In this document: positions 1 to 16,264 of the stretch, in pieces | How positions within the stretch are numbered: the stretch's first letter is position 1 | How the letters are laid out: the number at the start of each line of letters is the position of its first letter | Source of the DNA: Amoebidium appalachense | Taxonomy: Eukaryota > Protista > Ichthyosporea | Assembly (NCBI GenBank): GCA_963693365.1 | Contig: CAVNZM010000016.1 | Span: forward strand, 2,941,957 to 3,005,956 | Direction: 5' to 3' | Length of the DNA: 64,000 bases | Made by a program: the position numbers and the translations under genes | Notes under the pieces: generated by a model | The model's input: the letters and a program-made list of their open reading frames with translations, nothing else | Told to the model about the DNA's origin: nothing | Databases searched by the model: none

Positions 1-1409
1 GTGTGTGTGTGTGTGTGTGTCTGTGTGTCTGTGTGTGTGTGAGTGTGTGTATGTGTTTCTGTCTGTATGTGTGTGTGTGTGTGTGTGCACATCTGTAGGG
101 AAGTGGGTAACACGGTTGTGCATCTGTCAGGCATACATTGGTAAAATATGCTGCGCCTGTAAACACATTTCTGACGTTTGTGTTGAGTGCGCATGTGTCA
201 ATCAATGGTGGCATGTGGTGTGTGTGTGCACATGCACGTACATATGATCTGCCGGTTGACCTTCACAAGAGTATCTCGTAACTCTTCTACTTCGTGTCTG
301 GATCGGTGGGAGAGTGAGGGAGGGGGAAGGGGGGGGGGGGGGGGGGGGGGGACCTTTTATCACTTTCGTGCTTCCCCCCCCCCCCCCCCCCCCCCCCCCA
401 CCGCCCCCTCCCCCCTCCACCCCTCCGGCCTCCTCTTCCCACCCCCTCACCCCCCTTCTCTTTCTTCTGTGCCCCCCCTCCCCCCCCTCCCCCCCCCCCC
501 CCCCCCCCCCCCTCCCCTTCCCCACCGTCACCACCACTACCAACAACAGCAAAAAAAGAAAAATAAAAATAAAAAAATAACGGAATAAAGCAGAGTAGAA
601 GGACTAAAGGCGTTCTTTTAAAGCCTCGGTTCCTGCTTATTCCTAACCCACCCTCCTGCCATCCCCCTTCTACCCCCCCCCCCCCCCCCTCCCCCCCCCC
701 CGCCCCCTCCCCCCTCCCCCCGGGGCACACAGCCCTCGCCAGGCTCCCCACATACATAACACACAGTTCTCATTCTTTGGCTCTATCGGATGGTCTGTCT
801 TTATCGTTCAAACAGCAGCTATGGTCGTGCCTCCCTAGTCACGGCACTCTGGTGGTCTGGCTGGCAGTTCTGCTAGCCCACATGGCCGTGTCCATGTGCA
901 TGCCTGCATGTGTGCATGCCTGCATGTGTGCATGCCTGCATGTGTGCATGGCATGTGTGTGTGTGCTTGCCCGCATGTGTGCATGGCGTGTCTAGCTACT
1001 AAGCGCGTATGTGCTAGTGAGGAGCATGACTGTGCCCCTTCAGGTAGATGGCATCTGTGCCGTAGCATAGTGACCTCACGGCAGGCAGGCGGATGGTCCA
1101 CACATGTGTGGCTGGCCTGCAGGGTGCACACAGGGTGGAAGGTGCCAGATGGGTGCACTGGGCACTAAGTGGGGCACTGCCTGCATGATATGGAGGGTGT
1201 GCCTATCGGCCATGGGCGGGGCTGCATATGTCTACGCATGTGGGGTCATGGCTACAGGCATGGGCACATGCTTGGGTGTCCCTCCTTTTACTGCCCCATC
1301 ATGGTGCTCCTTTTTAGGGTTAGGGGCAGACGGGCACAAGTAGGGAAGGCAGGGTCACAGGTTGCTATAGGGCAACATGTGCACATGCACCGGCCAACCA
1401 CACAGATAG

Positions 1410-1513
1410 GCTGTGTGGTACCTATTACACATGAGCTGTGTGGTACCTATTGCACATGGGCTGTGTGGTACCTATTGCACATGGGCTGTGTGGTACCTAT
1501 TGCACATGGGCTG
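1410..1513. repeat. 25-bp minisatellite, ~4 copies (GCTGTGTGGTACCTATTGCACATGG)
   Basis: Tandem units read directly from the sequence. Confidence 0.9.
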
Positions 1514-1756
1514 ATGGCTGAGTGCCTTTTTCATGCTTGGGGTCATGTGCATGATAAGAATGGGTTTGCCACCACGGCCACACAGTCACCACAGGGCATC
1601 AGCACGATGGTGGTGGATACACACCACTGCCCCCGGGCCTAATAGAAAACACACACCTATACCTGATTGGCCATGGTCTAACATCAGCACACCTGGTTCC
1701 CCACATATCCACATTGGCATATCGACGGGCCCCCTAGGAAACACGCGTATATTATG

Positions 1757-1818
<62 letters not shown>

Positions 1819-1836
1819 TTCACAATTTCATGCACT

Positions 1837-1889
<53 letters not shown>

Positions 1890-1949
1890 TGCACAATTTC
1901 ATGCACAGGCACAGGCACAGGCACAGGCACGTGCACAATTTCATGCACT

Positions 1950-1990
<41 letters not shown>

Positions 1991-2008
1991 TGCAAAATTT
2001 CATGCACT

Positions 2009-2044
<36 letters not shown>

Positions 2045-2054
2045 CACAGGCACA

Positions 2055-2101
<47 letters not shown>

Positions 2102-2102
2102 C
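1757..2102. repeat. (CAGGCA)n hexamer array punctuated by a recurring GTGCACAATTTCATGCACTG unit
   Basis: Directly visible; explains the HR/TG/AQ pseudo-ORFs. Confidence 0.9.
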
Positions 2103-3211
2103 GGCATCCAATTGAACAGATAAGCATACTAACCACACCAACGTGCAAACACATGGTGGTGCATGTGCTCGTGTGTCTGCAACGTGCGCACAAATAAACC
2201 TAGGCCTGCAGGCGAATTTACACCCTCTATACACGGGTCGTGCATAAGCGCACACCACATGCATACAGGCATACCACACAACATTGACCACACACACCGG
2301 TATATATAACGCACCAACCCTGCCACCCAGCCTTGCCATACACACCCACGGCCTGGACCAGACTCACACACAACCCCACCCGTACCCCAATTTTAGCACA
2401 CACCACGCCCTTAACCCCGCCCCCCAGCCCAAAGAATTTATCTGTCATACCTACCGCTCCCCGCACACATATCCACCCAGCAAGCACACACACACGCACA
2501 TCCCCCCCCTCCACCCCCCTGCCATACACGCACACACAACCACCACCACCCTTCCCACCCACCCACACCCGTACAGCCACTGTAACAATGTATAATACCC
2601 TATGGCATGCGTACCCGGCACACACACCAACAAGCATGCACTCACACAGTCACCCAACACACACATGCACGCACCTCTTGGCATGGTGCACACAGTGGTT
2701 TGCATACCTACCCAGGCAGCACGATGTGGCCGGTAGTGTTTTGACCCAATCATCATGTGCACACCCATGCCTGGCCACCACCCACTGACAAGCCATGGCT
2801 CACCCTGCGGCTGTGCCCTGCACCACCTATCCATGGCCCCAGGTGCGCACGGCTTTAGTAGTAGCACACGACAGAGTGCACTGCCTGCCTGCCCCCCTGT
2901 CTCCCCTACCCCTTTGCCTCATTGCCCCACACAACACATGTGCCCTTATGATGTCTGCATGCAGCACTAGGCAGCCATGCATCCATTTACTCAAATAACA
3001 TGCTACCTAAGGCCCAATAACAGCCCAAATGGGGACTTGAGCAAACAGAAAAAAATAAAAAATAAAATAAAAAGCTACAGTATGACAATACACATGTCCT
3101 CTGGCTTATATGGCATATATGGGGACATGACATGCACTATTTGTTTGCAGCCACTGGCTGTCCCACTGCACTCACACGGTGTTGACATATACCGGCTACA
3201 TCCATGTGTGT

Positions 3212-3285
<74 letters not shown>

Positions 3286-3667
3286 ATGCACGTGCTATTG
3301 CTGCACCCTTAGTTTGCTAATGAAGTCCAGTGCATCTGCATGTTTGTCGTTGATGCGTGCCTCGTCCTTGGCCTTCCTCTCTGTTCTCTTCTTTCTGTTT
3401 CTCTTGTTGACCTTCTGATGCTGCTGGCTGCATTCAAGCTCCTCCCTACCCATCTACCGACCCAACCCCCGTCAGCATACCCACAACACACCTATGCCCA
3501 CCCAGACATCACATTATCTTTCATGTGACTTTGCCCAGGCAGCAGAAAGGGGGGGAGGGGGGAGGGGGGAGGGGGGGGGGGGGGGGTATATAGGGATCGC
3601 CATGTTGTAGGTGGGGGGCAGCCTGCTGGCAATGCCAGGCATGCAGTGCACCACAACCACCCACACA

Positions 3668-3682
3668 CATGCACGTGCTTCA

Positions 3683-3739
<57 letters not shown>

Positions 3740-4025
3740 CATGCCTGCATACATGCGTCACACACAGGCAGGCATGCACGTGCTTCACACACACACAGGC
3801 AGGCATGCAGGCGTGATGGTGGTGCATCACAGACACACACAGGCATGCACGTGCATCACACGCACACACACAGGCAGGCATGCACGTGCATCACACACAC
3901 ACACACAGGCAGGCATGCACGTGCATCACACACACACACACAGGCAAGCATGCACGTGCATCACACACACACAGGCAGGCATGCACGTGCATCACACACA
4001 CACACAGGCAGGCATGCACGTGCAT
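3668..4025. repeat. Compound repeat (CA)n-GGCAGGCATGCACGTGCAT
   Basis: Directly visible tandem units with variable CA length. Confidence 0.85.
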
Positions 4026-4150
4026 GCCTGTTGCACGTGCATGGCCCACCTCTGCTGCCGGCCATGTAATCTGCAGTTGCTCAGCCATGCGCATCCCTGC
4101 CCCCTGCAATCAGTACCCCATGTGCGCCCAGGGCCCCATGCCCTCACATA

Positions 4151-4181
<31 letters not shown>

Positions 4182-5065
4182 AAAAAAAACCACCACCACC
4201 ACCACCTCACTACCCCCCCCCCCCCCCCCCTTCCCCCGCCCCCACGACCAGCCCCCTCCCCTCCTCTCCTGACCACCCCCATATCCACCCCTTCCCCCAG
4301 CTACCAGCACCCTCCCCCCTCAAACCCCAACCACCACCACTATACCCCCACGGGCATCTTGGATCTCTACCTGCTCGGTCACGTGGTTAAGTATAGCAGC
4401 TCCTTCAACACATAAAAACAAAAGACCTCTTGGCCTTAAACCCTTCCCCCCCCCCCCCCCCTTCATCCCCAATAACGGCGGGTCGCAAATCTCCCCTCCC
4501 TGTCAATCAACGTGTAGCGTAAATCCCCCCCCTCCCCCCCCCCCCAGCTCACTCAACCAGTATTTACACCCCATCTTGCAGCATACCAGTCATGCCCCGG
4601 GCGCTCACGGAGCATCTATCAAGCACCCCCACCCATGCCAACCACCTACACACACACATGTACATCCAAGCATATACATACTAACAGAATATCAAACACA
4701 CCCGTGCCACTTGTACACACACACACACACATACACACGTCTGCACGTGCACACACACACACACGTCTGCACGTGCACACCCACCGACTATCCTGGCTGC
4801 TGCTGTGGCTGGTGACTCTGCTACGGCCCATGCCTGTCCCCACCACAACATCAGTCCTCCCCAACCCATCCGCAAACCCCACATCCCCTTGCCCATAACA
4901 CCCTCCCTCCCTCTCCCTCCCTCTCTTTCCCCCCCCCCCCTTCTCCCAGCTCTGGGGGATACACTGAAAAAACCCCCGCTCCCGCCTACAGGGAGCCAAG
5001 TGGAGACCCAGCCCAGCTCTTACCGCTTTCACGTGCAGCTGTGACAGCAACACTGCATGTATGCA

Positions 5066-5098
<33 letters not shown>

Positions 5099-5472
5099 AA
5101 AAACCAAAAACCAAAAACAAACCATAGTGATAGCAGCAACATAAAACAGTTCAACCTCTGCTCTCACCCCACCGTATGCAGGACAAAGAAATGCCCACCC
5201 TTGGGTTCGGCTGCCCACACTCACTCCCACATAGACACACACCACAACCTGCCCCACCCTCTACCTCGCATATTCGTCTGGCTCACCACCTAGCTGCAAC
5301 CATCACCCTCAGAACCTACACACAACCTGTAGCCCAACACACACAGGCACCCGAACGAGGCACCCAGGGAATGGGTAGACAGAAAGAGAATGAAACACGT
5401 GTAATTCAATACCTTGGGGCGCACGCGTTATAGGCCACGTGAGAGGGGAAGAGGAGAGCAGGCCGGTGGGAA

Positions 5473-5503
<31 letters not shown>

Positions 5504-5820
5504 AAGAGCAAGAGAGAGGAAGGGACGGACGGAGAGGGAGAAGACAGAAGGGGCGGTTTAGAAAGCGCTATGGACTACGAAGTACGTATTCATAACGGAC
5601 AGAGATGGAGGGGAGGGGAGGATGTGTGTCTGCTTGGAAAGTGGGTGGGGGAGAGGTAGAGAGTAGGAGGGGGACATACCGTGAAAGAGGGAGGGAGGGA
5701 GACAGAGAGAGAGGCGAAGAGACAAAGAGACGGAGAAAAGAGGGCAGAGAGCAAGGATAGGCGCGGGGAGCTGAAAAGAGGAAGGTGGCAGAGGGAGGGG
5801 GGGGGGGGGGGGGGGGGGGG

Positions 5821-5852
<32 letters not shown>

Positions 5853-5907
5853 ATAAAGAGAGGGAGAGAGGAAGAGCGAGGGGAGGGGAAGGGGAGGGGA
5901 GGGGGAG

Positions 5908-5994
<87 letters not shown>

Positions 5995-6002
5995 AGAGAG
6001 AG
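5908..6002. repeat. (GA)n microsatellite next to poly-G tracts
   Basis: Directly visible. Confidence 0.95.
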
Positions 6003-6699
6003 GAATCAAGCACGTGAAGCAAAACCGAAGCACAGCCACAAGGAGAAGTGCAGACAGGCCAGGCAAGGCACTGGGGAGGAGTAGCAGTTGAAGGGGTTTG
6101 AAGTCAGCGCACAGCCAACACATGGTTAGCACCACCAAGCATGGGGATGGGGGAAGAGGGAGGGGCGGCACGCCAGCCACACACAGACAGGGGGGGCAAA
6201 GGCTGCAGCACCCACCTGCGTGGCTGCGGTCAGGCGGCAGCCCGCTGCACGTGCGCCGAAGAGGGACATAGTCTGGAATGTTCTGTGCACGTGGTTGAAG
6301 GGCACGGTGGGCCTGAGTGGGTGTGCGCTGGGCAAATTGTAGCTACTAAACGGGTACTTAGCGCTGCCAGCCTAGGCAAGTTGGAGACACACACTACTGC
6401 GCGCCAGCCTGAGCTCTGCACTGCTGCAGCTCGAGTCAGTCACGCCAGGCGATGACGTCATCGGATCATGATTGCCGTCTGCATTCAAGTTCTTGCTGTT
6501 TACAACGAAAGGCTTGATGACCTTTGCCTACTCCAATATTTTCCAAAGCTCTCTTCAGCCCCGCAAGGCTCTAATGAAAATCCGCACAGTGGCAGCAGAC
6601 TGCATCTGCCTTTGTTGGCAGCCACTAGTCTAAGAGCAGACGAGGGTGGGTGGACGGGTGGTGATGGTGGTGGTGGCCATGGCGATGGTGGTGCGGCCC

Positions 6700-6748
<49 letters not shown>

Positions 6749-7470
6749 TATGGGAATTTAAAATTTGAATAAAACGGGGGGGGGGGGGGGGGGGGGAGGT
6801 AAGTAAATATCGACGTTCCCCTAAAAATTTGTGGTACCCTGCTTCTCCCCGGACCCACCTCCTCGGCTGGTTGGGCAGGTCCCCCAGCCTCCCTCCCCAC
6901 GGTAGCCGCTTTTGGGGGGGAGAGGATTGGGGGGCCATCTGGGCCGCTGGGATGGTGACTGGTTGGTCCCCCCCCCCCACCCCCTCCCCCCTCCCCCCTC
7001 TCCCTCCCTCCCCCCCATTGGCGGGCCGGAGCCCCCCAACTTGTGCGAATGGTGCCCAAACATGTCTTTTCCACCCACCAAAGGCTGTGCAGTTCGTTAC
7101 GGTCAACAACTACTAACTATGACCTTCGGGGTGCAAGTTATCGCCGCTCACCGTGCAGTGTTTGTATGCATGTCTCTGTGGCAGGGAATGTATGTGTGTG
7201 GGGTGTAGGCAAACATGTGTCTGCGTGTTCGTGCGTGTGTGGCCCATGTCACAGGTTGAGACATACCCCAGACTCTATAAATAGCACAGAACACACAGAC
7301 CACCGCAGAGAACCCACGAGCGACGCCTCCAACGTATATTAACAAGCATGTGGGAGCTTTTTGCAGCACCTACCGAGGTGATGCATGACGGGCATGGGGT
7401 GTACCGTAGTAGTAGTGCGTGAGTGTGAGTCAACATACTTAGGGATGAGTGAGTGAGTGATCATGAGTGC

Positions 7471-7512
<42 letters not shown>

Positions 7513-7538
7513 TGCGTGTGTGTGTGTGTGTGTGCCAC

Positions 7539-7600
<62 letters not shown>

Positions 7601-7669
7601 TGCGTGTGGGTGCTGTGTGCGTGTGTGTGTGCGTGTGTGTGTATCCGTGTGTCGCGGTGTGACAGTTTA

Positions 7670-7703
<34 letters not shown>

Positions 7704-8000
7704 TGTGTGTCATGTTGTGTTTTTGTGTACGTCACAGTGTATGCGTGATTGTGTGTTTTTGTATGATCATTGAGCCACGTCTGTGCGCTGATCCGGTGCA
7801 AGGCCTTGTGCGAAGTCATACTTCTGTGTGCAATGTGCCTGTGTCAAGAGATTATAGTTACAACGGCACACAACCCCGCCGGCCTGCAGGTTCCGGCCGG
7901 TGTAATTATGATACTGTGAGTCAGACCCAGTACGAATGAAAAACTTTGGCAAGTGTGCAGTACACAAATTTGCCCAGCTGGCCTTCGGAGATGGTGAAGT

Positions 8001-8032
<32 letters not shown>

Positions 8033-8241
8033 GGGGGGGGCCCCTCTGCCCCCTTCCCCCGGGGGCCCACTCCCCTTCTTGTGCACTCCTCCCTCCCCAC
8101 CCCCCGCCCCCCTTCCACACATGCACACGTGTGTACACACCCACTGTTGTAACACCCACCCCATGATATATATGGCCTGCACCCCGGCGGCCTACCCTAT
8201 CCCCACCTCCCGAATCTGGGGTATATGATTTTGGGGGACAC

Positions 8242-9669
8242 AGTCGCGCCATGTCGGGCTCCCGATCACATCAAAACCATATGTGATCGGTGAACAGGCA
8301 GTATGATTCCTTAAAAAGAGCAGTTAACTATCCAATAAGATCGCCACTCCGGGCTCATCAGATAAAATGCAACCAATCAAGATTCGTATTTTGCACATTC
8401 CTAATCTCTTAAATTTTAACAACGCACATGGCCATCGCGACCAAGCACAAAACACGACACGTGTTTCGTAAACGGCCGTGCGCCGCTGCATCCACACTCC
8501 ACCACATATACGCACAAGGGGCGGCATGCACACCTCCGCATAGAGCCAAACGCTGGCAACATGCCCGTGTTTGAGCCGTTGCCGTAGGACTAGTACAACA
8601 CGAGTTATTAGTTTTCAGACGTGGGCACTTTGTCAGGAAAAACGAAAATTACTAAAACGTCAAAAACTCTAGAAAAACATAAGAACATCAATAAGCGGCA
8701 CGAACTTCATGCTGCCTTCTTCCACCAAGACGAGCAGCACCAACACCCTGCTTGTCTAGTGTCCTCTTCCATGCCGAGCAGCACCAACACCCTGCTCTAG
8801 TGTCTTCTACCATGCCGAGCAGCACCAACACCCTGCTCCAGTGTCTTCAACCATGCCGAGCAGCACCAACACCCTGCTCTATTGCCTTCTACCACGCCGA
8901 GCAGCACCAACACCCTGCTCTAGTCTTCTACCATGCCGAGCAGCACCAACAACCTGCTCTAGTGTCTTCTACCATGCCGAGCAGCACCAACACCCTGCTC
9001 TATTGCCTTCTACCACGCCGAGCAGCACCAACACCCTGCTCTAGTCTTCTACCATGCCGAGCAGCACCAACACCCTGCTCTAGTGTCTTCTACCATGCCG
9101 AGCAGCACCAACACCCTGCTCTATTGCCTTCTACCACGCCGAGCAGCACCAACACCCTGCTCTAGTGTCTTCTACCATGCCGAGCAGCACCAACACCCTG
9201 CTCTAGTGTCTTCTACCATGCCGAGCAGCACCAACACCTTGCTCTAGTGTCTTCTACCATGCCGAGCAGCACCTACACCCTGCTCTAGTCATCTACCATG
9301 ACGAGCAGCACCAACACACTGCTCTTCTTTCTTTCTTTTCCACCATGCAGAGCAGCACGAACACACTGCTTCGTCTTATTGTATTGTTTCTAACTTTCCA
9401 AACATTTTTTCTTGCTTATACCCTTTTATTTTCCCCCGGGTCACTCCTGGCTAGGTGTTGGTTGAACTGAGTTTGCTCAATCCCCACTAGCGTGACTGCG
9501 GCAACCCCGTGGGCTAAGAATTGCCAGAATATGTAGTGACAGGGATTATGTATCCTGACTTATAGTTGCACTATGTAGAGAGCACATTCGTGTGTCTACT
9601 GTGGAAGACGTTAGCTCCCCTTAGGCAGTGCCTCCGGGAGTGAAACGGGATAAAATAAATAAAATAAAA
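8242..9669 (+). mobile_element. Non-autonomous non-LTR retroposon (SINE-like) with target-site duplication
   Basis: Flanked by a 17-bp direct repeat ATGATTTTGGGGGACAC (8225-8241) / ATGACTTTGGGGGACAC (9670-9686, 1 mismatch). Ends in an A-rich tail AAAATAAATAAAATAAAA directly before the second copy. No protein-coding capacity recognised. Confidence 0.7.
8715..9370. repeat. ~39-41-bp minisatellite, ~16 copies (CTACCATGCCGAGCAGCACCAACACCCTGCTCTAGTGTCTT)
   Basis: Tandem near-identical units with no unique spacers; degenerate at both ends. Confidence 0.95.
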
Positions 9670-9819
9670 ATGACTTTGGGGGACACCAGTGATGACGTTG
9701 TGGCCATGGTGATCACTGAGCCGCTTCACGTGGGGGCTAGAATTTAGATAATGGGAATCTAGATAATTAGCGTTAAAAAATGTCCACTCCGATCGATCGC
9801 TTCATCAGCAATCTTGCGC

Positions 9820-11450
9820 GAACATCCAAAACATATCAAACCCATCTAGGATATGCAACTGTATATTAATGGATACCTTTTGGATATACAAACGATATGT
9901 AGGATGGTTTTGGTCGAACATATCAATACCATCCACTGGATATATACAACATGTCTATTTCATCCTGACCTCCAACCGATGTCCAATATATATGTAGTTG
10001 CATGCTTAGATAGTGATCAAGATATTGCACCCCCATTAGATATCACATATGGATATCCATGCTGTACCTCCATTGAGCATCGTTGTGATATCACATATCT
10101 GGATATGCAATCAATGCTTATATGGATACATAATTGCACCTATAATGGCCATTAAATACACATTAGATGCATATGAATGCAGACATCAAACGCCATCTGG
10201 TTGGTTCGGCATGTATTGGATATTAGACAGATGCCCACAATGGATATCGACGCTGGATATCCAATGATGGAATTTCAACTGCATTCCTCCGTTGGATAGC
10301 TATATGGATATGTAACATTCTGGATATCCATTTGGATGCTTAGCTGTATATTAGACTGGATCAGTAACAACATATCCAATACATGACTGACATGGATATC
10401 CAATCAATATCCCCATACAGATATCAAGATATCCCTGTAGCAAGACATGCAATACACCTAACAAGTATATCCAATGGCGGTCTATAGTGGATGTCCATAT
10501 TGGATATCCATTGATATATCCAGATGGATCGCTAATACATGTGCACTTGACCCCAACGCTAATGAACAATGCATGCCCATATTGGATACGTTCAATGGAT
10601 ATCCATTCCAATATTCCGGATACATACGCATTTGCTTGTCCACTAGACCCTCCTATAATAACCAAAGCATGACGATTCCACATATCCAATTAGATCACCA
10701 AATATGGCTCTGACGGTTATCCATATACACCCGCACGCTGATGTCCAATAGACAATCATACTAAGACACAATGGATAGCTATACTGGTTATCTAGGCTCA
10801 ACATCCATACAGATATCTTGATACACCTGCATTTGCCCATCCACTAGACCCTAATACTAATATCCAATGCATGACGAAAATACATATCATAATGGACCCC
10901 CATACCGATCTCCAACGGCTATCCATATGCACCCCTGCTTACCCATCCAATATATGTCGATATTCATATACAATGCATCACCATTCACAATATCTAAGCT
11001 TAATATCCAACATGATATGCGGATACATATACACCTACATAGCACTCGGCACGTATGTTGATACCTAATGCATGAAAAACAAACATATCAAAGTAGATGC
11101 TCAACCTAATGCCTAACACTTAACAAACATACATGTTTTGGGATATCCATTTACACCCGTATCTAATACTCAAAATATCACTATAACAGCTATCTGGGTT
11201 GATACCCATACAGATAGCCAGATACATCTGTAGCTACATGTCTAGGGTATATCCACTGGATTAATTGCATAATTTTGGTACTGTATATCTGCAGCATATC
11301 TATTAGGGTGTATTTGATATGTAATAAGGCATTTCCGGATAAACATTATACATCTTTACCGATCCATCGCATAACCATATGATGGCTAATGACCACCATT
11401 GATAAATAAATTATGTCGGTTCTTATATCTATCACATAAGTAATACTTAT
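9820..11450. repeat. Left subterminal array of degenerate TGGATATCCA palindromic motifs
   Basis: Many GGATAT/ATATCC motifs in AT-rich non-coding DNA; mirrored at 21225-21860. Confidence 0.7.
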
Positions 11451-11552
11451 CCACGGCACAAAGTTACACAACCACCTTATACTCGGTTCCACAAATCAAG
11501 GGGAAGAAATAGATAAAAAGAGGAAGAAAAAAAAAGAAGAAAAAATATAGTT

Positions 11553-14465
<2,913 letters not shown>

Positions 14466-14670
14466 CTGCAACATGAACGTACGGTTCTTGTTTGTCATAC
14501 GATATGGTAGCTTGCAGTAATGCTTGTGTGCCCGTTCATAGCCCTCAACTGTCTCTACAGGACCAAAAAGGCGGGTGTCGTCGCTGCAATGGTCCCCGGC
14601 ATGGAATTTGCTTGACTTGAGGTCGTTCTCAGATGAACAATGAAAGCAGTCGTACGCAGACTTGGCCATA
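14466..14670 (-). pseudogene. Plavaka-type transposase, C-terminal catalytic exon
   Basis: Translates KFHAGDHCSDDTRLFGPVETVEGYERAHKHYCKLPYRMTNKNRTFMLQ, matching the recalled Plavaka/CACTA motif K.H.L.HY...IR.FG.......E..H....K..YR.TN. Bounded by a poly-C + CAG acceptor and a GTATGT donor. Confidence 0.75.
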
Positions 14671-14676
14671 CTGCCC

Positions 14677-14696
14677 GGGGGGGGGGGGGGGGGGGG

Positions 14697-14731
<35 letters not shown>

Positions 14732-14981
14732 GGTGTCAACCGTGGCACTGGATATCCATTTGAGCATACTCTATACGGGTAATTGTTCCCAAAACCATAT
14801 GCATTGTAGCTCTAATTGTACATTAGGATGATTGATCTCCTTTGTATATCCTGCTGGTTATGTAGTGTATGTACGTTGGACATGTAAGGATATTTATATA
14901 GATATCACACGTGATCACCATTGGCCATCGAATCTATGTCCATTTGATTCTGTGTTCCTGCAGCTGGCAATGTGTGTGCCT

Positions 14982-15067
<86 letters not shown>

Positions 15068-15068
15068 T

Positions 15069-15147
<79 letters not shown>

Positions 15148-15150
15148 GAA

Positions 15151-15202
<52 letters not shown>

Positions 15203-15217
15203 CTTCGTGTGTGTGCC

Positions 15218-15273
<56 letters not shown>

Positions 15274-15277
15274 CTCG

Positions 15278-15313
<36 letters not shown>

Positions 15314-15463
15314 AGAATGTTTGTGTGTTTGTGTGTGTGTGTTTGTTGGTGGGGGGGGGGGGGGGGGAGGGGTGGGGGGGGGGGGGGGGGGGGGAAGGGG
15401 AAGGGTGAGGGGGGGGGGGGGGGGGGGGGACCACCTTCATAATATCTCTGTACTCGTTCGCAC
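14677..15463. repeat. Inverted duplication, left arm (partner 17354-18344)
   Basis: Unique segment TTGGTGTCAACCGTGGCACTGGATATCC...CAGCTGGCAATG plus the same order of microsatellite interruptions recurs reverse-complemented. Confidence 0.9.
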
Positions 15464-16024
15464 GAAGAAACGTGAGGTCGGAAACGGTGCTGCTGAAGTG
15501 ACGAAAGCTGCTATAACGTGGCATGTTGTTGAATCGACGGTCAAACTCCCGTATGACGTCCTTTGCAGCGGTGTCTGCTGCTAGGCCCACCGTTCATGTC
15601 CTCGCATACCTTCTTCACGTACAGTTTATATTCAATTAGGAGCTGGTTAAATACACCACTGTCTGCCTGGTGCATACGTTCGATTGGGACACCCCATATC
15701 CACAGAAAGCCTGGGAACCCCGGGCACGCATTCTCCCAGAAGTCCTGCATGGAAGCCATCTTGAGTAACTGTGTAGCTGCTGCTTTGTCCCCGGGAACAC
15801 CGCTAGCCCTCAAGCCGAGGACTGCATCCCGCAGCGCCTTCTCCGCTTGCTCGTGGTGCAGTGCAGCGGGCTCCCAAACCTTGGACAGGTTAGTGCACGA
15901 CACTCTGCATTTGTTTCACGGACACGCAGTTGTAACCGCGCCCCTGCGCGTAGAAGTTGTATCCGGTGTCTACCTTGTACATGTGCAAACACACGTGCTC
16001 GTTGGGGGTCGGACACACACGTAC
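15435..16024 (-). pseudogene. Plavaka-type transposase, central exon (frameshifted)
   Basis: Fragments YKVD..., KCRVSCTNL, PIERMHQADSGVFNQLL and EFDRRFNNMPRYSSFRHFSSTVSDLTFLRANEYRDIMKV resemble Plavaka motifs (PD.LHQ..KGVF; D.R....P.F..LRHF..G.S.....TG.E.K.M.KV). At least two frameshifts. CAG acceptor at 16025, GT donor at 15434. Confidence 0.75.
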
Positions 16025-16031
16025 CTGGTCA

Positions 16032-16092
<61 letters not shown>

Positions 16093-16100
16093 ACACGCAC

Positions 16101-16149
<49 letters not shown>

Positions 16150-16168
16150 CACACACACACATGCACAT

Positions 16169-16262
<94 letters not shown>

Positions 16263-16264
<2 letters not shown>

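Larger units (their letters stand above)
241..6228 (-). other. Possible scattered small exons of a spliced minus-strand gene (probably decayed)
   Basis: Short high-complexity islands between microsatellites have AG/GT-like borders and protein-like frames on the minus strand: ~241-297 (HEVEELRDTLVKVNRQII then GTACGT), ~3308-3445 (EELECSQQHQKVNKRNRKKRTERKAKDEARINDKHADALDFISKLR), ~4349-4402 (AAILNHVTEQVEIQDARG). No family recognised, and the exon linkage is inferred. Confidence 0.25.

Noticed and set aside
1-8200. Numerous poly-Pro/Gly, HT/CV and AQ/HR ORFs
   Set aside because: Produced by homopolymers and microsatellites in all frames; no domain content.
8715-9370. CRISPR-like regular repeats
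   Set aside because: Units are contiguous with no unique spacers, there are no cas genes, and the context is eukaryotic; it is a minisatellite.
9436-9649. Hammerhead ribozyme in the retroposon 3' structure
   Set aside because: GAAAC is present but there is no CUGANGA core in a compatible position.
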